From: Segatella copri
Lineage (GTDB): Bacteria > Bacteroidota > Bacteroidia > Bacteroidales > Bacteroidaceae
Assembly: GCA_021615735.1 (NCBI GenBank)
Contig: JAJWFY010000009.1
Coordinates: forward strand, 21,527-85,526
DNA length: 64,000 nt
Direction of reading: 5' to 3'
The translations under genes and the position numbers were made by a program. The notes below the pieces were generated by a model. That model was not told where the DNA came from and did no database searches. It saw nothing but the letters and a program-made list of their open reading frames with translations. Below, piece after piece: positions 34,300-42,570 of the stretch; within the stretch, counting starts at the first letter, position 1, and every line of letters begins with the position of its first letter.

Positions 34300-34307
34300 T
34301 AGTTTTG
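34300..34307 (+). promoter_or_regulatory. -7 box for the lipoprotein gene at 34319
   Basis: TAGTTTTGCA, 12-21 nt before the candidate starts. Confidence 0.5.
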
Positions 34308-34318
34308 CATTTGAAATA

Positions 34319-35179
34319 ATGAATAGAAAGATGAAAGTCAAGACAATACTCACACTGGCGCTAGCCGCCACAACCCTCGCAGCATGTCATAGGGGAAAGA
34401 AACCACCACGTATGGACAATTCGAAACTCGCCATCAGCCTCTCGAAACCGGCTAAGGGCGACAGGGCTATCTACGGACTTGCCTGCCTGGGCTGCTCGGA
34501 TACCGCGCTGGTGCTGCTGCCCAACGGAGGCGGCGACCCCGTAAGATACAACATCCTGGATGCCACTCGCAACCATCAGGTGTTTGGAGATATAGAGGTG
34601 GGCGACTGGGTTTGCGTGATGCCATGCGAGGAGAAGGATGAGAAGAACCGTGCCGACATGGTGATAGACCTGGACCAGCTGAAGGCCACCTGGACCTATC
34701 CGGTGATGCCGAAGCTGCGCGATGTATCGCATCTGAGCAAGCGCCAGCAGGCGAGAATCCTTGCCAATATGCCCGACAGCATCGTAGAAACCTATATGGT
34801 GCCGCGCCAGTATGGCTTCACCCTGAAGCGCATGAGCGAGGCGATGGCCGTGGGCAGGGTGATGATAAACAAAGATGTGGACGACGACAGCCCGGTAGAA
34901 TATCCTGATGTGCCTCAGTATACGGAATGGCATGCCTATAACGGCAAACTGATTCTGGTGCAGGGCCACCGCGAGCTGGATGGCGTGGTGATCAATGAGA
35001 AGACGAAGCGCGATACCTTCACCTTTGTATATATGAAGGGCGACAGTCTGGCTCTCTCAGACCGTGAGGGCCGCATCCAGGGTTTCCACCGCTCGCTCAA
35101 TGCGATGAAGGCCAACGCCAAGGCCCATGCTGCAGCCGAGAAGCTGAACAGCAAGATGAAGAAGGAAATATTGAAGTAA
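34319..35179 (+). CDS. Lipoprotein, function unknown
   Basis: The signal and lipobox are MNRKMKVKTILTLALAATTLAAC. I chose the start at 34319 (alternative 34328) because the ORF-track start at 34214 lies upstream of the -7 box at 34300-34307. Confidence 0.7.
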   Translation: MNRKMKVKTILTLALAATTLAACHRGKKPPRMDNSKLAISLSKPAKGDRAIYGLACLGCSDTALVLLPNGGGDPVRYNILDATRNHQVFGDIEVGDWVCVMPCEEKDEKNRADMVIDLDQLKATWTYPVMPKLRDVSHLSKRQQARILANMPDSIVETYMVPRQYGFTLKRMSEAMAVGRVMINKDVDDDSPVEYPDVPQYTEWHAYNGKLILVQGHRELDGVVINEKTKRDTFTFVYMKGDSLALSDREGRIQGFHRSLNAMKANAKAHAAAEKLNSKMKKEILK

Positions 35180-35236
35180 ATTACATAATAAATATAAAAA
35201 AAGAGGCGAATAGGACGATTTCTCAATTTTTTTGTC

Positions 35237-35244
35237 TAATTTTG
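35237..35244 (+). promoter_or_regulatory. -7 box for the carboxyltransferase gene
   Basis: TAATTTTGCA, 52 nt before the ATG at 35296. Confidence 0.6.
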
Positions 35245-35295
35245 CACCTTGGAATTTAATTCATACATCGAATATAAAGAAAAAGAACAAGAATA

Positions 35296-37071
35296 ATGAA
35301 GAAGAAAATTCAGTTCAGTCTCGTTTATCGAGACATGTGGCAGAGCTCTGGTAAGTTCCAGCCACGCAAGGATCAGTTGGCTAAAATTGCCCCAGTTATC
35401 ATCGAAATGGGATGCTTTAGCCGTGTAGAGACTAACGGCGGTGCCTTCGAACAGGTTAACCTCCTGGCTGGTGAAAACCCTAACGATGCCGTACGCGCAT
35501 TCTGCAAACCTTTCAACGAGGTGGGTATCAAGACTCACATGCTCGACCGCGGATTGAACGCTCTTCGTATGTATCCTGTGCCTGATGACGTGCGCGCCCT
35601 TATGTATAAGGTAAAGGCTAAGCAGGGTACCAACATCACACGTATCTTCGACGGACTGAACGATGTGCGCAACATCATTCCTTCTATCAAGTGGGCTAAG
35701 GAGGGTGGCATGACTCCACAGTGTGCACTCTGTATCACCAACTCTCCTGTTCATACCCTGGAATATTACATGAACATCGCCGACCAGCTCATCGCTGCCG
35801 GTGCAGAGGAAATCTGTTTGAAGGATATGGCAGGTATCGGCCAGCCGGCATTCCTCGGCAAACTCACCAAGATGATTAAGGACAAGTATCCTGAGATCAT
35901 CATCCAGTATCACGGCCACTCAGGTCCTGGTCTCTCTATGGCTTCTATCCTCGAGGTCTGCAACAATGGTGCCGACATCATCGATACAGCCATCGAGCCA
36001 TTGTCATGGGGTAAGGTTCACCCAGACGTAATCTCAGTTATCAGCATGCTGAAGAACGAGGGCTTCGAGGTACCTGAAATCAACATGAGCGCTTATATGA
36101 AGGCTCGTGCTATGACTCAGGAGTTCATCGACGAGTGGCTCGGCTACTTCATCAACCCAGGTAACAAGATCATGTCTTCATTGTTGCTCGGTTGCGGTCT
36201 CCCTGGCGGTATGATGGGTTCTATGATGGCAGACCTCGGCGGTATGCGTCAGACCATCAACAACATTCGCAAGAAGAAGGGTGAGGAAGAGTTGTCTATG
36301 GACGACCTGCTCATCAAGCTCTTCGACGAGGTAGAGTATGTATGGCCACGCGTAGGTTATCCTCCATTGGTAACCCCATTCAGCCAGTATGTAAAGAACA
36401 TCTCACTGATGAACCTCCTCACCATGGAGCAGGGCAAGGGTCGCTTCGTAATGATGGACGACTCTATGTGGGGTATGATTCTCGGTAAGAGCGGTAAGAT
36501 TCCTGGAACTATCGACCCAGAACTCGTAGAGCTCGCCAAGAAGCAGGGCCGTGAGTTTACCGACGTAGATGCACACACATTGCTCACCAACGCCCTCGAC
36601 GACTTCAAGAAGGAGATGGACGAGAACGGCTGGGATTACGGTCAGGACGACGAGGAACTCTTCGAGCTCGCTATGCACCCAGAGCAGTATCGCAACTACA
36701 AGAGCGGACAGGCAAAGAAGAACTTCCTGGCCGACCTTCAGAAGGCAAAGGATGTCAAGCTCGGTACAACCCTTACTCCTGCACAGCTTGCAGAGTTCAA
36801 GCATGCCAAGGCAGATGCCATCGTGGCACCAGTAGCCGGCCAGCTCTTCTGGGAATTCCAGGGCGAGGGCGAGTGCCAGCCAGCTGTAGAGCCATACATC
36901 GGCAAGGAATATAAAGAAGGTGATGCCTTCTGCTATATCCAGGCTCCTTGGGGCGAGTTTGAAACCATCCCAGCTGCATTGGGCGGCAAGCTCGTAGAAA
37001 TCAATGCCAAGCAGGGCAGCAAGGTGCGCAAGGGCGATGTTATCGCTTACATCGAGCGAGAGGCTGAATAA
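35296..37071 (+). CDS. Oxaloacetate decarboxylase alpha / pyruvate carboxylase subunit-B-like carboxyltransferase with a C-terminal biotinyl-like domain lacking the biotinyl lysine
   Basis: The carboxyltransferase TIM-barrel motifs are VYRDMWQS (canonical TLRDxHQS), RIFDGLND, LKDMAGIG and QYHGHSGPG. The C-terminal domain is IVAPVAGQLF..GDAFCYIQAPWGEFETIPA..GDVIAYIE, with QAPWG where EAMKM is expected. Confidence 0.8.
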   Translation: MKKKIQFSLVYRDMWQSSGKFQPRKDQLAKIAPVIIEMGCFSRVETNGGAFEQVNLLAGENPNDAVRAFCKPFNEVGIKTHMLDRGLNALRMYPVPDDVRALMYKVKAKQGTNITRIFDGLNDVRNIIPSIKWAKEGGMTPQCALCITNSPVHTLEYYMNIADQLIAAGAEEICLKDMAGIGQPAFLGKLTKMIKDKYPEIIIQYHGHSGPGLSMASILEVCNNGADIIDTAIEPLSWGKVHPDVISVISMLKNEGFEVPEINMSAYMKARAMTQEFIDEWLGYFINPGNKIMSSLLLGCGLPGGMMGSMMADLGGMRQTINNIRKKKGEEELSMDDLLIKLFDEVEYVWPRVGYPPLVTPFSQYVKNISLMNLLTMEQGKGRFVMMDDSMWGMILGKSGKIPGTIDPELVELAKKQGREFTDVDAHTLLTNALDDFKKEMDENGWDYGQDDEELFELAMHPEQYRNYKSGQAKKNFLADLQKAKDVKLGTTLTPAQLAEFKHAKADAIVAPVAGQLFWEFQGEGECQPAVEPYIGKEYKEGDAFCYIQAPWGEFETIPAALGGKLVEINAKQGSKVRKGDVIAYIEREAE

Positions 37072-37185
37072 TGTTAAATGTTGAATGTTGAATGTTGAGT
37101 TGTCCCTTTCTGCAAAACAGCAAGGACACTTACGGCGCAAGCCCCATAATTCAACATTCAACATTCAACATTCAACATTTAATAT
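37072..37185. repeat. Composite element: TGTTGAA-type heptad arm, 48-nt core, inverted TTCAACA x4 arm
   Basis: The arms are 37072-37099 and 37150-37177, with 23 nt perfectly complementary. The core is 37100-37147. The element starts 1 nt after the stop codon at 37069-37071. Confidence 0.85.
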
Positions 37186-37192
37186 AAAAACG

Positions 37193-37729
37193 ATGAATTA
37201 TCAAGCTATTATTGATAAGTATTATCCTGAGGATAATGAGCTTCGGCATATCCTCATTACACATAGCCAATCTGTAGCGCGAAAAGCGCTACAGATTGTT
37301 TCGTATCATCCCGAATTGCAACTCGATGCCCAGTTTATCGAAGAAGCTGCTATGCTCCACGACCTCGGCATCTTCATGACCGATGCCCCAGGCATACAGT
37401 GTTTCGGCTCGCAGCCCTACATCTGCCATGGACGACTGGGAGCAGAAATCCTGCGCAAGGAAGGATATGAGCGACATGCCCGCGTATGTGAGCGCCATAC
37501 CGGTGCAGGCATTACAGAGGCACAGATCATAGCACAGAACCTGCCCCTGCCACATCAGGATTTCCTGCCGGAAACCATGGAGGAGAAGGTGATTTGCTAC
37601 GCTGATAAATTCTTCAGCAAAACTCACCTCGACCGGGAAAAAACAATTGAGAAAGCAGAAAAAAGTCTCATGAAGTTCGGAGAGGAAGGAGTAAAACGCT
37701 TCCAGCAATGGGAACGCATGTTTGAATAG
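37193..37729 (+). CDS. HD-domain phosphohydrolase
   Basis: ITHSQSVARKAL..AAMLHDLGIF..CHGRLGAEIL..CERHTGAGI shows the H..HD..H pattern. The ORF-track start at 37085 would translate through the repeat element, so I chose the ATG at 37193. Confidence 0.8.
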   Translation: MNYQAIIDKYYPEDNELRHILITHSQSVARKALQIVSYHPELQLDAQFIEEAAMLHDLGIFMTDAPGIQCFGSQPYICHGRLGAEILRKEGYERHARVCERHTGAGITEAQIIAQNLPLPHQDFLPETMEEKVICYADKFFSKTHLDREKTIEKAEKSLMKFGEEGVKRFQQWERMFE

Positions 37730-37745
37730 AATTCTAATTTATTGA

Positions 37746-40607
37746 ATGAGAAAACAATCGACGATAGCTATGCTGCTGCTCGCTGCCATCTCGTGTATGA
37801 TGGTGGCTAACCCAGGTACGCCCGATTCGAAAAAGAAAAAGAAGAAGGAGAAGACGGAAACCGTGGACAGCGTGGGTGACAGTGTGTTCGTAGACTCGCT
37901 GGGCAACGAAATAAAGCCCAAACTGAAACAGGCTGACGACACCACGCAGATGGACTCGCTGCAGAAAGCTATATGGAAACATAATAAAGTGGTGGATGAC
38001 AGTATCCGCCTCGACAGTATCGCCAGAAAGAAACAGGGTGGAGTAGACGCACCGGTTAACTATCAGGCGGACGATTCTCTCGTATACGATGCCAAGAACA
38101 AGGTGGCATATCTCTACGGAAACTCCAACGTGAAGTATACCAACATGGACCTCAGTTCCGACCGCATCTCCATGGATATGGACAAGAGCAACGTGAAGGC
38201 GATGGGTACACCCGACAGTACGGCGGAGGGAGGCATCAAGGGCAAACCTGTCTTCAAGATGGGTAGCGATATCTATGATACCGACACCATCAAATTCAAC
38301 TTCAAGAGCAAGAAGGCCCTTATTAATAATGTATATACAGAACAGCAAGACGGATTCCTGACCGGTATGAAGTCGAAACGCGACTCATCGGGAGTCATCT
38401 ATCTGCAGCACGGAAGGTATACCACCTGCGATGATCCGCATCCCGATTTCTACATCTCGCTCTCCCGAGCCAAGGTAAGGCCGGGCAAGGATGTGGTATT
38501 CGGACCAGCCTATCTCGTGGTGTGCGATGTGCCTATGCCGCTTGCCATCCCTTACGGCTTCTTCCCGTTCACCAAGAGCTACAGCAGCGGTTTCATCATG
38601 CCAACCTACGGCGATGAAACGGCACGAGGATTCTATCTCAGAGATGGCGGATATTATTTCGCCATGAACGATAAATGGGACCTGAAGCTGCTGGGCGAGA
38701 TTTATACCAAGGGATCGTGGGGACTCTCGGCAGCCAGCAACTACCGAAAGAGATACAAATACTCGGGTTCCTTCTTCTTCAGTTACCAGGATACGAAGAA
38801 CGGCGACAAGGGAATGCCAGACTTTACCGAGCAGGAGAGCTTCAAACTGCAATGGAGCCACCGCCAGGACAGCAAGGCAAACCCATATAGTTCGCTTTCG
38901 GCAAGTGTGAACTTCGCCACATCGAGCTACGAACGCAATAACCTCAACTCGCTCTACAATCCGCAGACGATGACGCAGAGTACGCGAACCTCTTCCGTAA
39001 GCTGGAGCACCAACTTCTCGAGCATCGGAATGTCGCTCAGCTCTACCGCCAACCTCTCGCAGAATATGCGCGATTCATCCATCGCCATGACGCTGCCCGA
39101 CCTGAACATCAGCATCTCCCGCTTCTATCCGTTCAGAAGAAAGAAGATGGTGGGCGATGAGAAATGGTACGAGAAGATAGCCATGAGCTATACGGGACAC
39201 ATCTCTAACAGCATCAATACCAAAGAGGATAAGCTGATGCACAGTTCACTCATCAAGGACTGGCGCAACGGATGGCAGCATCAGATACCGGTGAGCGCTA
39301 CATTCACGCTCTTCAAATATCTCAACGTGAACCCATCGTTCAATTTCACCGACCGTATGTATACCAACAAGGTGGAGAGATCATGGGATGAAGCCAGCCA
39401 AACGGAGAAATGTGATACCATCTACGGTTTCAACAACGTGTATAACTGGAACATGAGCGTAGGTCTCTCTACCAAACTCTATGGTTTCTACATACCAAGC
39501 CGCAAGCTCTTCGGAGATAAAATACAGGCTGTGCGCCACGTGTTTACGCCTACGGTGAGCTTCAGTTATGCCCCAGACTTCGGAGCTTCACGCTACGGCT
39601 ACTGGGACACCTACCAGAAGACCGATGCCGACGGAAACGTATCGCTGGTGAGCTACTCGAAGTATGCCAATGCCCTCTACGGTGCGCCTGGCAAGGGTAA
39701 GAGCGGTAATATCTCGTTTACCCTGGGCAACAACATCGAGATGAAGGTGAAGAGCGATAAGGACTCTACCGGATACAAGAAACTCAGTATCATCGATGCG
39801 TTCGACATCAATATGAGTTACAATACCGCAGCCAAGGTTCGCCCTTGGAGCGATATGAACATCAACCTCAGACTGAAATGGTGGAAGAACTATACCTTCA
39901 ACATGAACGCTGTGTTTGCCACCTATGCCTACGAGCTGGACGACCAGAACAATGTTTATGTGGGTACCCATACGGAGTGGGGCAAGGGCAGGTTCGGACG
40001 ATTCCAGGGTATGTCGCAGAACTTCTCGTTCACACTGAACCCGGAGAAGCTGAAGAAACTCTTTGGCGGGGGCGATGATGAGGACGACAAGAAGGACAGC
40101 CAGCGCAATGATGATGACGATGAAGGCCTGGATACCGACATCGAGAGCAACGTAGACGACAGCATGGAGAAGGGTAAGACGGCAGCCAAGAAGGGCGGCA
40201 AGGCTGAAACGGATTCAGATGGTTATATGGCGTTTAAGATGCCATGGTCGCTGACCTTCGGTTATGGTGTAACGATGCGCGAGGATACGCGAAGAGAGAA
40301 GTTCAATGAGAAGACGATGCGCTATGCATATAAGTTTACCCAGACTCTGAACATGAGTGGTAACGTAAGAATCAGTGATGGCTGGAACATCAGTTTCTCA
40401 TCCGGTTATGATTTTGACAACCACAAGATCAGTATGACCACCGCCAGTTTGGCTCGTGATCTTCACTGTTTTAACATGAGCTGTTCTGTGGTTCTCGCTC
40501 CATATACGAGCTACAACTTCACCTTCCGTTGTAACGCAGCCACCCTGACAGATGCGCTGAAATACGACAAGCGCAGCGGTTATTCGAACGCTGTACAATG
40601 GTACTAG
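37746..40607 (+). CDS. lptD: LptD-like LPS-assembly outer-membrane protein (Bacteroidetes type)
   Basis: 953 aa with a signal peptide. The OstA-like N-terminal segment is VNYQADDSLVYDAKNKVAYLYGNSNVKYTNMDLSSDRISMDMDKSNVKAMG, followed by a long beta-barrel. An acidic insert is present (GGGDDEDDKKDSQRNDDDDEGLD). Confidence 0.7.
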   Translation: MRKQSTIAMLLLAAISCMMVANPGTPDSKKKKKKEKTETVDSVGDSVFVDSLGNEIKPKLKQADDTTQMDSLQKAIWKHNKVVDDSIRLDSIARKKQGGVDAPVNYQADDSLVYDAKNKVAYLYGNSNVKYTNMDLSSDRISMDMDKSNVKAMGTPDSTAEGGIKGKPVFKMGSDIYDTDTIKFNFKSKKALINNVYTEQQDGFLTGMKSKRDSSGVIYLQHGRYTTCDDPHPDFYISLSRAKVRPGKDVVFGPAYLVVCDVPMPLAIPYGFFPFTKSYSSGFIMPTYGDETARGFYLRDGGYYFAMNDKWDLKLLGEIYTKGSWGLSAASNYRKRYKYSGSFFFSYQDTKNGDKGMPDFTEQESFKLQWSHRQDSKANPYSSLSASVNFATSSYERNNLNSLYNPQTMTQSTRTSSVSWSTNFSSIGMSLSSTANLSQNMRDSSIAMTLPDLNISISRFYPFRRKKMVGDEKWYEKIAMSYTGHISNSINTKEDKLMHSSLIKDWRNGWQHQIPVSATFTLFKYLNVNPSFNFTDRMYTNKVERSWDEASQTEKCDTIYGFNNVYNWNMSVGLSTKLYGFYIPSRKLFGDKIQAVRHVFTPTVSFSYAPDFGASRYGYWDTYQKTDADGNVSLVSYSKYANALYGAPGKGKSGNISFTLGNNIEMKVKSDKDSTGYKKLSIIDAFDINMSYNTAAKVRPWSDMNINLRLKWWKNYTFNMNAVFATYAYELDDQNNVYVGTHTEWGKGRFGRFQGMSQNFSFTLNPEKLKKLFGGGDDEDDKKDSQRNDDDDEGLDTDIESNVDDSMEKGKTAAKKGGKAETDSDGYMAFKMPWSLTFGYGVTMREDTRREKFNEKTMRYAYKFTQTLNMSGNVRISDGWNISFSSGYDFDNHKISMTTASLARDLHCFNMSCSVVLAPYTSYNFTFRCNAATLTDALKYDKRSGYSNAVQWY

Positions 40608-40642
40608 ATGATAGTTTATAGTTGAAAGTTTATAGTTAATAG
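40608..40642 (+). repeat. Heptad array (ATGATAG TTTATAG TTGAAAG TTTATAG TTAATAG)
   Basis: It starts directly after the lptD-like stop codon (40605-40607). Confidence 0.8.
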
Positions 40643-40656
40643 AGCTTTTCAGCTTA

Positions 40657-40713
40657 TAGATAAAACAAAAAAAACAGGCAAAATCATTTTGCCTGTTTTT
40701 TTTGTTTTATCTA
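40657..40713. terminator. Perfect 57-nt palindrome, bidirectional terminator (lptD-like on +, helicase on -)
   Basis: tagataaaacaaaaaaaacaggcaaaat-c-attttgcctgttttttttgttttatcta. The GC core is caggc/gcctg, with A8/T8 runs built into the stem. Confidence 0.65.
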
Positions 40714-40723
40714 TATTACTTTT

Positions 40724-42460
40724 TTACCTTTTTACCCTTAAAAGCCTTTTTTTCGCCTCCGGGTGCTCTGGATAAAGGGTGAGGGCCTTGCGGTAATTCA
40801 TGATGGCAGCCTCTTTCATGCCCTCTTTTTCGCACTCCTTCCCCATAATCACATACTCCGTGGCAAGGCGCTTGAGGAACTTCTTCTGCTTCTCCTTCTC
40901 TTCATCCTTCTTTCTTATTTCTTCGCGCAACCGCTCGTTCTCTGCCTGAAGTTCGTTCACCCTGTTCAGCTTTTTGCGGATGAAACGCTTGGCAAGCGGC
41001 TGCTCGATGTCATAACGACTGTGGATGGCAAGGAAGAAGTTGTCGAGAGCCGACTGCATATCGCCCCTGTCAAAGGCCTTGACGGCATCATGATACTGTT
41101 TGTCGGCCTTACTCTGGGTAAGCGCTGTATTGATGGTGCTCTGGTCGTTGTAATGACGGGCAAACTGCTTGACATCATTGCGCACGAAAACATCACTCTG
41201 ACGCAACGGCTCCTGAAGACTGATGCCCTCGAGACTGGTGCAGCGGGACAAGGCAACATACGTCTGTCCGCCCGCAAAGACACCACCCGTGAAATCAATC
41301 TTCACCTGGTTGAAGGTGAGGCCCTGGCTCTTATGAACCGTTATCGCCCAAGCCAGACGGATGGGGTACTGCTCGTATCTGCCAATCTCTTCCTCCTCAA
41401 TCTTTTTCTCAACCTCATTGAAATGGTATCTCATGTTGCTCCATGCCGCAGGCTCCACCATCACATCCTTGCCTTCCTCGGTGCGCACATAAATCTTGGC
41501 ATCCTCATCCTCATCAAAACCGATGATGGTGCCCAGCGTGCCATTCACCCACTGATGCTCGATATCATTCTTGATGAAGATAACCTGAGCCCCCGTCTTG
41601 AGGTAAAGCTCGATAGGGGTAGGGAGACTGCTCTCCGGAAACTCGCCCTGTATGTGGCCACGGAAGAGGCAAGGCTCTCCCGGAAGACACTGGAGCTGGC
41701 TGTCGTTGATGTAATCTACCGTATCGCGGCGTGTAGAGAGGGTGATGGCAAGTTTGGAATCGCTCTCATCGAGCTGGGCTCCCACGCGCTGGTTGAGGCG
41801 CTGTAGATCCTGCATGGGCACCTGAGACGTGCGGATATGGTCGAGGATGCTGATGAAAACGGGATCGCTCTGACGGTATACCTTCTTGAGTTCGATGCTC
41901 ACGAGCTTGAAGTATTCGAACACCTTGGCATCGAAGAAGAAACTGCTGCGGTAGAAGGGACTGAGCAGACGGCGGTCTTCCTCTCTTACCACAGGCTCCA
42001 GCTGGAAGATATCGCCCACCAGAAGCAGCTGCTTGCCACCGAAAGGCTCTCGCATGTTGCGGCAATATACCCGCAATACCTTGTCCAGGAAATCGATGAT
42101 ATCGGCACGAACCATACTGATCTCATCGATGATGATGAGCTCTACCTCGCGGATAATCTTTATCTTCTCTGAATTATACTTCAGGGTGTTGCGGATGTTG
42201 CGGACGGAATACATGCTGTCGTTGGGCAGCAGCGGGTGGAAAGGAAGCTTGAAAAAGCTGTGGAGCGTGCTTCCTCCGGCGTTGATGGCCGCAATGCCTG
42301 TTGGGGCAAGAATGATATGTTTCTTCTTGGTATTGGCGGCTATATAACGTAAAAAAGTAGATTTACCCGTCCCCGCCTTTCCGGTAAGGAAAAGCGAACG
42401 ACGGGTAAACTGTATGATTTGGAGTGCATTCTGCAACTCCGGGTTGTCGAGATCAATCAT
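40724..42460 (-). CDS. Pif1/RecD-family SF1 DNA helicase with a C-terminal coiled-coil/TPR tail
   Basis: LFLTGKAGTGKST is the Walker A motif. The other motifs are ILAPTGIAAINAGGSTLHSFF, IIIDEISMV, LLLVGDIFQLEPV and ITVHKSQGLTF. The tail is YRKALTLYPEHPEAKKRL. Confidence 0.85.
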   Translation of the reverse strand: MIDLDNPELQNALQIIQFTRRSLFLTGKAGTGKSTFLRYIAANTKKKHIILAPTGIAAINAGGSTLHSFFKLPFHPLLPNDSMYSVRNIRNTLKYNSEKIKIIREVELIIIDEISMVRADIIDFLDKVLRVYCRNMREPFGGKQLLLVGDIFQLEPVVREEDRRLLSPFYRSSFFFDAKVFEYFKLVSIELKKVYRQSDPVFISILDHIRTSQVPMQDLQRLNQRVGAQLDESDSKLAITLSTRRDTVDYINDSQLQCLPGEPCLFRGHIQGEFPESSLPTPIELYLKTGAQVIFIKNDIEHQWVNGTLGTIIGFDEDEDAKIYVRTEEGKDVMVEPAAWSNMRYHFNEVEKKIEEEEIGRYEQYPIRLAWAITVHKSQGLTFNQVKIDFTGGVFAGGQTYVALSRCTSLEGISLQEPLRQSDVFVRNDVKQFARHYNDQSTINTALTQSKADKQYHDAVKAFDRGDMQSALDNFFLAIHSRYDIEQPLAKRFIRKKLNRVNELQAENERLREEIRKKDEEKEKQKKFLKRLATEYVIMGKECEKEGMKEAAIMNYRKALTLYPEHPEAKKRLLRVKR

Positions 42461-42570
42461 TGTATTTAATTTATAGTTTATAATTTATAGTTTATAGCAT
42501 AAGCCACATTAAATCGCCTTCTTGCTAAACGGCGTAGCCGCTATAAACTATAAATTATTAACTAAATTTA
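42461..42570. repeat. Composite element: AGTTTAT/AATTTAT arm, 43-nt core, inverted ATAAACT arm
   Basis: It fills the whole gap between the PBP1A stop (42568-42570) and the helicase ATG (42460). 19 nt of the arms pair perfectly. The core is 42498-42540. Confidence 0.85.

Noticed and set aside
37085-37192. An N-terminal extension of the HD-domain ORF (MLNVELSLSAKQQGHLRRKPHNSTFNIQHSTFNIKT).
   Set aside because: It is a translation of the heptad/core repeat element. The conserved HD protein begins naturally at MNYQAIIDKYYPED (37193).
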